Source: Botryllus schlosseri
Taxonomy: Eukaryota
Assembly (NCBI GenBank): GCA_051294905.1
Contig: CM119372.1
Coordinates: forward strand, 19,222,001-19,286,000
DNA length: 64,000 nucleotides
Reading direction: 5' to 3'
This document shows positions 1 through 11,400 of this stretch, in pieces. Every line of letters starts with the position of its first letter. The stretch's first letter is position 1. The notes below the pieces were generated by a model, which was given only the letters and a program-made list of their open reading frames with translations, made no database searches and was not told the DNA's origin. A program made the position numbers and the translations under genes.

Positions 1-97
1 AAAAACGGGGGCGCAGACTAGATGACCTCATGGGGCCGTATCGCAACTCCGTCGCCAAAGCGTCTCGATGGTGCGGCGAGAAAAAATATCATATCTA
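1..97 (+). mobile_element. SINE family A, 3' part (cut by window edge)
   Basis: Reverse complement of 22360-22455. Confidence 0.75.
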
Positions 98-790
98 TGC
101 GATCGATGTAGGCCTATCGCGTTAAAAATTGATGTGACGTCTCAATACCGGCAGATATAATGATACGAATATTCAAGTCTGATTGAAGCAAGAACAAGAT
201 CAGCGAATGACCTTATCGACAGAAGATACCCGTGTAAACGAATCGAATAAAATCACAAATTTGTGCTGCTCAGAAGCTGATCTAATGCAATGCCCTACAG
301 TGCATATAGTCGCAGTGATCTACCTTTGCAAAGGGATGGATTTTTTCAACAATATTGGTGCTTGTACTTGCATATTATGCATATTATCCTATGTTACCAT
401 ACATGATCAGATTTGCCTGATGGTAGTGTGGACTTCGAAAATTCGCGGCATGTAATTGTACAGTAAATCTTACACAATGTTCATGCCACGCGGAGAAGAC
501 TATTCGTTGGTTTCTCGCAGTTTACCTTCGAGCTATCCCATTGTTATTTATAACTTTGTTAAGTCAAGTTAAACCATGTTATTTCGCCATTCCCACAAAT
601 GATTGCGCTATTGAAATGATATCAGTATCGCTCACGCGTACGATACCATTCTAAAAGAAAAATCTCTTTCGTGAGGCGCACACGATTGCAAATTCTCATT
701 GCTTCACGGAAAGCAATATTTACCTTTGCGGACCGCATCTGTAGGCCTACCTCGGTTTCAGACTTCAGCAATAGCACTATTTACCCCTGG

Positions 791-991
791 CAATGTTCCC
801 TCTCATTTTTCTCGAGTCTGAGCGCTGGCGCGGTGCCTTGGACAACAGTGCGCAATGATTTTAAAAAAAAGTCATCACTTCGGATTTTTTGTGCGCAGCC
901 TGCCTAGATTTTCTGTGCCTAGATTTTCTGTGCGCAGAGACCGTTTCAGCACTGCGCATTTGCGCACGTGCGCAGCTTAGAGGGAACATTG
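791..991. mobile_element. hAT-like MITE (TIR CAATGTTCCCTCT)
   Basis: Terminal inverted repeats CAATGTTCCCTCT / AGAGGGAACATTG; homologous (inverted) to 44530-44716. No TSD match at this copy. Confidence 0.7.
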
Positions 992-2305
992 GCTGCGTCT
1001 TCGCGAGAGTCCAGTGTGCGTGATCTAATAATGCTCGGAACATGTTGTTTGATGCGTTCCTGCAAGCGCTGAGTTGTTCCTCCCACGTACCGACAATCAC
1101 AGTGGCACTTGAAATCATCGACTATTGCTTTGTTGAGAAGCAGGTAGAACATCTTTGCGCGTTGCAGGAAGCAATTGTTTGGTGGTAAACACAACATTCG
1201 TTTTTACGTTATCGTAACAACGATTGACAGCAGAAATCAATTGCTTTTCAAACCGGGAAGAGATTGGGCCCAGCCACGGTAAATGTATATATACATTTTC
1301 CTCAGATCGTGTGTTCGTGTTTTGTGACTTGTTGGGATTGAAATTCCTGAGTTTTCTGTCAACAGAACTCTTGATGATGTGTTCGGGGTACCCGTTATCG
1401 ATTAGAATTTTGCGGATATATTCTAGCTCCGCGTTTAATTTTTCCTCCGAACAAATCATCAAGGCTCTGTGCACCAACGTGCCAATCAAATTTAGTTTAC
1501 GGCGATTCGGGCTAAAAGAATTCCAGCGTATATAATGCTCTGTAAACGTTGGCTTCCGGTAAATCGAAGTGACAGAGCTAATACCCCGTTTTTCCACTAG
1601 AACGTCTAAGAATGGTAACGAGTTAGCACGCTCTTTTTCAAATGTGAATTTTAAAGACGAGTGTAGAGAATTCAAGTTATCAAAAAAGTCATGGAACTCC
1701 GTCTCATTTTGACAGATAACGAAAGTGTCGTCGACATAGCGACGGTACATGAATGGAGGCTTGGTTTCATCTGTCGCGAAAAGTCTATTTTCATGGAATC
1801 CCACAAATATATTGGCTAAAATCGGGCCAAGAGGGCTACCAATAGCTACACCGTCGGTTTGCATGTAGATGGTATCGTTAAAACTAAACTCAACAGAGCA
1901 AGTAGCCGTATTAAGAAGTTCAACGAACACTTTACGCGAGAAGGAAGGTGGTGCTAAATCACCACCACCATAGAGCGCGTCCGCACAGATATTAATGGTC
2001 TCCTTCAGCGGCACGTTCGTGAAGAGGCTAACGATATCATATGAACCGAGAAACATATTCGAGTTTGGAAGGTCGGTTGTTTTCATCTCGTGCGCGAATG
2101 TAAACGAATCAGCGACGCAATGCGAATCATACATGGAACGAACTGGCTCCAAAATACCGATAAGCCACTTCGCGAGCTTGTGCTGCGCCGATCCAATCAT
2201 AGAAAGAATTGGTCGAACGGGCACGTTGGTTTTATGAGTTTTCGGCAGTCCGTACATACGTGGCATCTGTGCCCCGACCGACAATTTTACCAAGTAGCGA
2301 CCCAG
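992..2305 (-). mobile_element. Penelope-like retroelement, 5'-truncated; RT plus frameshifted GIY-YIG endonuclease
   Basis: ORF 1115-2293 has YGLPKTHK, RPILS, DIVSLFTNVP, QTDGVAIGSPLGP, YRRYVDD, LPFLDV and YRKPT. A frameshift near 1120 continues as FKCHCDCRYVGGTTQRLQERIKQH (GIY-YIG). It ends at a MITE at 991. Confidence 0.9.
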
Positions 2306-2543
2306 TAAAATAAATAAGAAGTTATTTGTGAATAACCCTATACACTATTATTTGCGAACAACCCTAACACAACATTAGCCATGCATTTTTACTCACGTGC
2401 ACAATGCCCATACCTAACAAAACGTCAAAAGGACGGAGTGTATTGTGTGTTTTCACTGACAGAAGATCAAATAAATGATGAGTTACAATTCAAAAATACT
2501 AAAGTGTAAAGAAGATCCTCATATATGTTATAGCGGCATGGCC

Positions 2544-3174
2544 TTAGAATAAATCAACATCTACTGAAACACGTTCCACTGGTGCACTAGATACAGGAAT
2601 TGACAAGCATTTTTTAACCACATTGAAGAGCATTGGATACTCATTATTTCTGGTCGCCCAATAATGCAAAGAATCATCGTCTTCAAATCTACACATGAGC
2701 TTATCAGTCTCTTCCAAGTACTTGACCATCTGAGTCATTTCATTGCCTCTAATTGAACTTTGCTTCGATTGTTTGCTTGTATATTTGGAAAGTCTCGAGT
2801 ACTTTGATTGCGGAGGATCTATTACCTCTTCATCACAGGATGATTTTGTACAATGCATTGCTACTATATGTACCATTGTCTGTTGTTTTTACAGCGGCAT
2901 ATCTGATATCAGGCGAGTGCAACGAAAGCAGTGGCGAAAAATAGCGATATCTGCAGAGTTCGTCATATGCATTGATCAAGCCAGTACGATTCCAGTACGA
3001 CTTGGGTCGAGTCATGCGTAATGACTCGAGTATAAGTCGAGTCAATCCAAATATTGACTCGAGTCGAGTCATTTTCCCTTTTCAAGAAAATGACTCGAGT
3101 CAAGACGAGTCACCAAAAATTCGTGACTCGAGTCTGACTCGAGGCGAGTCATGACTCGAGTCATTACAACACTG
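2544..3174 (-). mobile_element. hAT deletion derivative: transposase C-terminal dimerisation remnant plus a GACTCGAGTC-rich end
   Basis: SLHYWATRNNEYPMLFNVVKKCLSIPVSSAPVERV matches the hATC motif (WW...YPxL...LSIPASS...ER). Terminus ...ACAACACTG at 3174 with subterminal GACTCGAGTC palindromes. Confidence 0.75.
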
Positions 3175-4140
3175 AATATCCATATCGAATGGTTAGGCCA
3201 TCCAGCATCGGTCATTTTCGGCCAAGGTTTTGTCGACGCTTATGTTTTGGCACCGCATTTACATCAGCGGTTTGTTGGCCAGAACTTTACGTCTTCATGT
3301 ACCCGACGGAGAAGGGGTTGGCCTTGAAATGAATGAGTCTCACAGACCTGAACTCGCTCGTTGCACATCTCTAGTCCATCTCCCTACACTAGTTCATCCC
3401 AACGGTCATCGACCATGTTTACCAGTCGGACAAATCTTATCATGATAAAGCAATATTTTCTGCATGTCTCGCTTATTGGCTTACAGTACCAAACACCGTG
3501 ACCTTAGATCTGTAAAAACTATATCGCAGGAATTTTTGCAATGAATTCAACAAATATTACATGCACATTAACAGATAGCTCTGGCACCGTGTCGACCCAA
3601 AATCACACCCTTTGCGGTCCATACTTTAATAACCCTTGAAGGAGTAAAAATTTGCGTTACAATAACTTGCAAATGCGAGTCTTTAATGTTGGCATTTACG
3701 ACTATCCTCGTGTCTCGCACTAATCGAACAGTTATTACGAAAGATTGTTTGGCGAAAGAAAGCAGGAAGTCAATTTGACGTCATTTTTTCAGTCTGTCGC
3801 AGGCTCCGACGGGCTGATATACTGTATTTCGGCCACTACACAAGCTTCCAAACAAGGCTTTTGGTAACGTAATAATTATAATGAGAAAATATTAATTCAC
3901 TACGGCTTGTGAGAGATACGATTAGTGGTGGGTTGGAAGTTCAACAAGTTTTTACAATTGCGCCGCAACAACAAAAGTTACACTGCCCTTGAATTTCCTA
4001 TTAGGTTTATTTGAATTATTTCAGGTCAGAAAAATTAACAATTATTATTCGCAATTTTCATTCGCACTCAGCCGAGATTTCCATTCGCACTATTCGCACC
4101 ACCTTCGTCATTCGCACTCATCTGGGATTTTCATTCGCAC

Positions 4141-5539
4141 CAGAGTTGGATCAATTACATTATTTCAGTTCAATTACAATTACTTTCATGCATTCATGCA
4201 TGTTTCAATTACATTACAATTACTCCATGCTAAAAATATCAAATTACAATTACTCCTTGCATGCTTCAATTACATTACAATTAGAATTACAATTGCTGCT
4301 GTTGAACATGTAATTGAATAATGATAAATTCAACCGTGCTCCTTGACAACCGTAGCGTCGTAATTAACAACAATTCAAGTATTCATGTTCCATTCATGAT
4401 ACGCAAATACCCGGTAATTAATAAAAGAAAAACGTTTTCGAACTATTCCAGTATGTGGTATGTCGTTGAAAAAAGTATTATAATCATGCACGGGTTGGAT
4501 TTGCGTATATAGTATATAAATAAAGAAATAATATTATTTTAATCGAGGGACGTAGGAATTAGGATGAGGGGTGAAAACAAAACCGTGCTTTGTCAGATAA
4601 GACGTTATATAATATCCAGTGGTCTGGTTAGTAGCCAGACGAAGTAACGATGCAGCATCGTGATCTGAAATCGTATTGTAGATTGCCAACCCACGGATAG
4701 ATGCGCAAGATGTGAGTCACGGATGAATGCAGTGCCGGCTAAAAGTAGCAAACTTTGTAGTCATAGAGCTGGCGATTCAGGCGTCCAAATTTGATGCATC
4801 TGGTCTTTATCGTAAGCTATTGATGCACTAATTCCGAAAATACAAATTAAAATCTCGTCAGGGCAATGTAACTGCTCCAAAATAACCGTTTAAGGCCGAC
4901 TGTTCTGAAAAGTGAGAGCGCCGCAGCAGCATGACCACAACAATGACCAATTACTCCCAGCGATTGTTCAGAACAATGCCGATTCCCAGACTTTCACGAC
5001 TATTTTCGGGATGGTACCATTGCCTGGAAATATACTTTTATTGCGGAATCAGTGCGACACTAGCTTTCGATTAGGACCATACATATCAAATTTCGACGCT
5101 TGGATCGTTAGCTATGGGACTATCAATTCTGCTGCTTTTAGCCGGCTCAGCAGTTCGCTTCTCGGCGTATTCAATCGTGAGTCACGTGTTGCGAATCACT
5201 CCGTTGGTTAGTAATCTAATAATTGTATACAATGGCAGCCGAGGCCAGCATAGCGGTAAAAATAAAAAAAACTTCGCCCGCAACGGCGCAGTCAAGAGCT
5301 TCCCCGAATGGATCCACCAAATTCCTTGTCGACATTTAAAGAGAATGCATTATAAGTCAATTATTTTATGTTGTGCTTGTCAGGTCTCAATAGCAATTTA
5401 ATGTAATTGAAATTGTAATTGAGCAAAATTTTTGTCAAATTACAATTAAACAAAATAAAAATGCTTCAATTACAATTACATTGAAATATGTAATCAATTA
5501 CATTCAATTACATTACAAATTACAATTGATCCAACTCTG
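4141..5539. mobile_element. hAT-like non-autonomous element with CAATTA subterminal repeats
   Basis: TIR CAGAGTTGGATCAATT / AATTGATCCAACTCTG; TSD attcgcac / gttcgcac. Inserted into an older TTCGCAC-repeat element ending at 5622 (related end at 41834). Confidence 0.8.
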
Positions 5540-5677
5540 GTTCGCACCACCTTCGTCATTCGCACTGCAATATTTTTTCATTCGCACAAGTGCGAAACGT
5601 CACACAGGTTGAAAAGCACTGTAATAGGGCAATTATTGATCGGATCCGCGCTTTCCAATTTATAAACATAAATTTCG

Positions 5678-6935
5678 CAGAGGTGATCAGTAACGAAGTA
5701 CTTCTACTTTTTGGAAGTACTTAAGTAGGTTTCCTCTACTTCGTGTAGGCCTACTTACTCAAGTAGATCTGATATTCTGTACTTCTACTTCGACATATTT
5801 TGTCATCTACCTACTTTTCGCTATTTTCAGTTTTTCAAGTAGAAGTAGTTTAATCCCCCAATACGAAAGATAGCCTAAGGAATTTCGGGGCTGTTTTCAA
5901 GAAGTACCCACATTTAATATTCAAAAAAGTCCAAGTATAAAGCCCAGAAATTTTGTTGCGCTTCGCGCACAGTAGATATGGAGTGACAAATACGTTTTCA
6001 CGAAAGTACCACTGAATATAATTTAGGTACCGGATTGCTTGGTTCCGCCCACACTGCATTGTCGCCCATATCAAATATTTCAACACAGTAAATATGGCCC
6101 CCCATCATCAAAACTACCGTTTTGCAATCTAGCAATTACCTATCATTTCGTAATCTAGGAGTTCATGACGTTTCCTACTAATCTGGAAAATCCGGCTTTT
6201 TTTAAGGTTACACCTGTTTTAGCAGGTCACCTTTGAAGCTTTATGGACAAAAGACAAAATATATTTTCCGTTTTTTAGAAGTGGTATTTGTATTTCACTT
6301 TCAATTCCGAGTATCATACTTTAAGTTCTTTGTCTGCAGAATATACATGTTGAGTGTTGACGCATAAAAACAAGCGTAGTAATGCCTCTGTTTTCCGAAA
6401 ATAAAGCTACACGAAACATAACTTTTACGATCCACAATACCGTATTTGTTATTAACGTATACTAATCACGTGAAGTGTTGAAACCGTATCCGATACAACA
6501 TCTCCGTATTGCTCATCGCCTAAACTTGCGGCCTTATAATATGAGGTAGGGCGATATGTCATGATATTCTCTAAAACTGGGTCTTCTTGTAAACAAAGGG
6601 TTAGTATCGCATTTTCATATCCATACTATAATTTGCATCCCATGATGCGATAGAATGCTTATTCTGTCGAAAATTGATACTTCCTGGGATGCATCAATAC
6701 AAATCAAGCTCTGTGCATCTTCCGCATAGCTCAATTTGTGGCTTTTGACAGTCCATGCGAACAAATTAGGACTGTTGTCAAAACTACTTACTGACTTGAG
6801 TAGATTTAACGACAGTCAATTCTACTGCTACTTCAAGTAGTTTTAAGTGGCTTGTGGTAGAAGTAGATCTACTTGAGTAGATTTTTCCTTATACTTTTAC
6901 TTGAGTAGCTTTATTGACTACTTTAACCACCTCTT
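5678..6935. mobile_element. hAT-like element with AGTAGAAGTAG subterminal repeats
   Basis: Ends CAGAGGTGATCAGTA ... TACTTTAACCACCTCT; same family as 10918-11151. TSD not recognisable. Confidence 0.6.
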
Positions 6936-7605
6936 ATTGTGATTCGTTCTTATCTGCTTGATACACTCGTATTCTTGAATTCTCGCGCAATGTGACTTGG
7001 GAGCTTGCAGTATAATTAGTTACTGACTTGTGCAGTGCACTCTGTATGGAATCGGTGTCCTGTGCTCACACAATTCCTCATTTTTTTAAATGAAATTACA
7101 TCTCTGCTCACCTGTTGTATCAGGCAAAACGTACCGAGATTCCAGTTGGGCAGTGCACAGTTTTGAATTGAGTTTGCAAATACTATATACTACTAAGTTT
7201 GCTATACTATTTTTCCCTGAGGAAGCCTTGAAACCTTGATTGGGCGCGTCCCAGCATACGAGACATAGTACAAAGGTACGAACGTTACCGGAAAAACCAC
7301 ATTTCCGAAGTCATTATCATCCCACAACATTGTCCAAAATATACAATGAAATCGGTATGGTCGAAAAAATACTGAAGTATTTCAATGTGATGGATAACAG
7401 GCATTATGTTCTGTGTGGTGGCACAACAGGTACATGTTTGAACTTTGACATAGTGCATTATGCTGTGACGTCATAATGAGTGATACTCGAATACTCTACT
7501 CGAAGCGTAATACGTGATTAAGAATCAAATCACTCAAGTATTCAATTTTGCCCAGCCCTACTGGTAACCAGCGCACCAATATCTAATTTCAAGCCATTTG
7601 GTATA

Positions 7606-7853
7606 AGAGAGATATGATATTATTTTTCGCCTGCACCATCAAGATGCTTTGACGACGGAGTTGAGATACGGCCCCATGAGGTCATCTAGTCTGCGCCCCC
7701 GTTTTTTTTCTCCTCCATGCTATCCGTGATTGCTGAGCGCCTAGTAGGATAGCTAACCATTTTTCCAATCTTTGGTATGACCCGGCCGGGAATCGAAACC
7801 ACGACCTACCGCTCGAGAAGCCGGACGCACAACCATTACACTATCTCGCTCGG
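7606..7853 (-). mobile_element. tRNA-derived SINE, family A
   Basis: Minus-strand head with A box TAGTGTAATGG and B box GTTTCGATTCC; near-identical to 22347-22606 and 1-97; (TC)n tail. Confidence 0.8.
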
Positions 7854-8488
7854 TGGATTTCTGCTGATAAGATCGCGACATGCGCTCATTTTAGCAGTTA
7901 CAGTCGAGCAAATCGCACCATTTCAAGATTAAATCAGACTGCATGGCTTGATATTAACGAGCAGTGGCAGTAACGGCATTAAAAGGCCACGTCACTGCTT
8001 TAATGATGTACCATTTGTACAATGTACAAAAAGTACATGCACAGTGCACACGGATGCAGGGGACAAATGACAAAAAAAGTAGCCATAATATGTTTTCAAG
8101 GTATAGGGCATGGGAATCTGACTGAAAACCTGGACTTTTTGAAACTCGGTCAATTCTGAACAACCCTAACGTCCGTCTATGCTAATTAGCGTCATTTATG
8201 CCCATTTTCAGTCGAATCTGTCCATTAGCCTAGCTTTAAAAGTTGAAAAGCAGGACGTATTGCCAAAAAATACATTTTCAAAACCTGAAAAAAGAGGACA
8301 AATCCTAAAGGAGGATGTATGGTAACGCTAGGGTTATACTTATACTATCCAATCACAACGCTTTATATACACCCCACCGGTTTTTGACATTACTCTGCAC
8401 TATGATTACAACTACATCTCGGTATATTTTCAAATAGTTTTCTAACATAACATTTCAAGTTTCAAATCCAAAAAAACTAAAACCGAAA

Positions 8489-11400
8489 TCACAACTCCAG
8501 AGTAGGATAGAGCCTTCTCGCGTTTTCAAGTATCTTCTCTCTCGCGTCAGGATGATATTTAATGACACCCTGCAGATCGCCCATGCTCATGGTGAAAACA
8601 TCTACGTAAGTACGAGCTCTCAGCGAGCAAGGCTGCCGAACCTGGAAAATCGAGACCGCCGTAAATAATCCCGGTAATCGACAAATGCGGTCAGTAATTT
8701 TTTCCGAGTAGGTTTTACTTGTACTGCGTGCAATTATTCTCAACAGTTCATTAGGCACATCTGCTTACTTTTAACATTCTGGATGTTGTAAAGAAAAAGT
8801 AGTTTCGTGATATACGCTTTTATGAGTGAAATTGTCAAAACAACAGGACAAAATTGCCCAGTATCATGGAACTGAATGTATTGTTGAAAATTGCGCCTAG
8901 CCCTACTGGACACCTTCTGGCAAATGCGGTAACATCAATTGGAGTACAATGAAATATGTACTGGCAGTGGGGTGCGTGAATAAATAACTAGAAAGAGCAC
9001 TCTCATCCAGACTCGAATCGGCCTTGAGTTTGATTTTACCTAGCCCTGCATAAGAGATACTACAACAACGAGTACATCTTGTATTAAACAACAACCAGCC
9101 CTACACAGAGGTTGTCAAATTAGTCAGCGTAGTAGAGAAGAAATATCGATTTTCAAGATATGTCAAAATTACTTTGCGTGTGGTTTTTGTCTTTGTGTAG
9201 ATTTTGTGTACTGACTGTTACCTCGGACGTTGATCATAGCGCGTGCGACTGATTGATTGCTCGGTAATTAGTTCGAATGGTGTTGGTTGATGGTCGTGAA
9301 TATTGGCACACAGAGCTCGTGTGACCCGTGGAGATAGAGGTCGTTTTGCTGTTTGTTGCGTTGCAGTTGCGGCATTTTTCCGTTTCGTCTTTTAAATATA
9401 CTTCGCACAAGGCTTCACATAAAACAGTTGATATTAGGTCTATATTTTACAAATTGCATCTTTGCGATCAACACAAAATTATTATTGACACCGTAACATA
9501 TTCAGATACTGTGATACAGGAGATAATTTGCAGTTTTCATGACAATTTCACTCGTAACAGCGCTGCAAACACATCCCAAAACGACTTCCTAATGTTTTGC
9601 CCAAAAATGTTATGCGGTGGTAGTCTAAAAGCACGACCGCTCGAGTAATTAGTGCAAGCAAGGTGAATCCTATTTGTGTACTCTAAAAAAGTAGAGGTAC
9701 TTTGTCACTGAGCACCACTGGCCCTGCAAAATCTCAGTTAACCCGAAACAGTAAAATCACGAGGCTAAATGCATCAACAAAGTAGCGGCAAGCTAGATCA
9801 ATTGCGGTTACCTTTGATAAAACGCCTTCGTCCAGAAAGCTTTCTCCTTCCTGGACAAGCCTCAACGGAACTTTATTTCCGTATTCGTCTCTCTTGACGG
9901 CTTCTGCTACCCCGCGATGCACGATATACATCTCACTTCGAATATCGCCCTGTGATAAGCCGAAAAAATTATTCAGCCATTCAACACGTACAATGCCACC
10001 GTGACAGTTAGACGTGAAAACATGTACGATACGACATTGTACATTTTTGTCAATGGTGTTTTTGCGGCATATACACCGAGTGTTGCGGGGGAGATAGCGT
10101 AGTGGTGATGATAAGCGCATACTAATCGGGCGGCCCCGATTCGATTCTCGTTGGAGGTTTATCTTGGCTACTCTTGCCCCGCCCAGAAAAAAAAACGACG
10201 AAAGAAAGCACTCATGACAGCAGCAGCTTGCTGATTAGGTGATCAAGGAGTCTGCTACCAGCGGGGATCCCGAAAGCGCATTGGTAGGTTGGCGGATGAG
10301 GATATACCATTAATTCAGGACATGTTGAGGTAGGCCTACGAAATACAGCAGTTGCTCACAAAAACTTCTACAGCATGACCGCTTTATTGTGAAGGAAACG
10401 GCTGTAGCCTACATGCCTTGTTTTCATGTAGGGAAAGCAACGGTGCTTATGCAAGTGTTGAACGAATTCTTCGTTTCAGAAGGGACCATCATCATTGAAT
10501 ACCAATGTAGGGCTTAACAATGACACTATACTTTGTGTGATCTTATTAGGCTCAAGCTGTAGTATATAGGTGACGTTTTGAATGCTCTAGGGATCGACTG
10601 AATCATGTTATCAGATGCTTACAGCAAATTGAATTCAATTGTAAGTGTTGTCAAAGTCCTTAATGATGCTGCAGAAAAGAGGCGTATGAACGAGACACTA
10701 ACACAGAGAATTTTAAAGATTTTTGCAAATTTTGTACAACCCTAATACACACGATCTGTGCATATGCATACTATAAGTACATGATGCCCATTATGTCGCA
10801 GGACAAGGAAGGTGCAGATATACCCTTGTAATCTTTTCAAGTCTTGCACCACCCCTCCATGCTATCACGGTAATGCTGAGCGCCAAGCGTGAAAGCCACG
10901 GATACCAGTGTTACTAACAGAGGTGGTCAAAGTAGTCACCGTCGCTACTTAAGTAGAAGTGGAAGTAACGCTGGAATTTCTACTCAAGTAGAAGTAGGAG
11001 TGGTGGTTCACAAGTAAGTAAGTATTGTACGCTCATTTTTGCCTGCAAAACTGAAAACTGTCAAGTAGAAGTAGTCTAAAATCATAACTACTTAAAAAAT
11101 AGTGTGAGTAGGCAAAATCTACCTCAAGTACTTCGTTACTGACCCCCTCTGGTTACTAATCAGGTCGTTGGTCTGACCAGGCAGGGGATTGAACCCACGA
11201 CGCAGCCGGACGCTCCACCGTTACGCTATCTTGTCGACAATTAACGCTATCTAAGTGACTTCTCTATGATTTAGATCAGGGGTTCTCAACTTCCCTTGGA
11301 TAACGGGCCGCATTTTAACAGCAAAAGACGCTGCGGGCCGCATAACATTATTACCATGTATTCGTGGGCTACTATTAAATTTAGACTACTGTAGCCTATT

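Noticed and set aside
861..991. C-terminal extension of the Penelope endonuclease ORF
   Set aside because: The sequence belongs to the hAT MITE 791-991 (homologous to 44530-44716).
7211..7245. CTGAGGA...GAAA hammerhead-like string
   Set aside because: Stem III does not pair, and the homologous MITE copy near 48865 lacks both core motifs.
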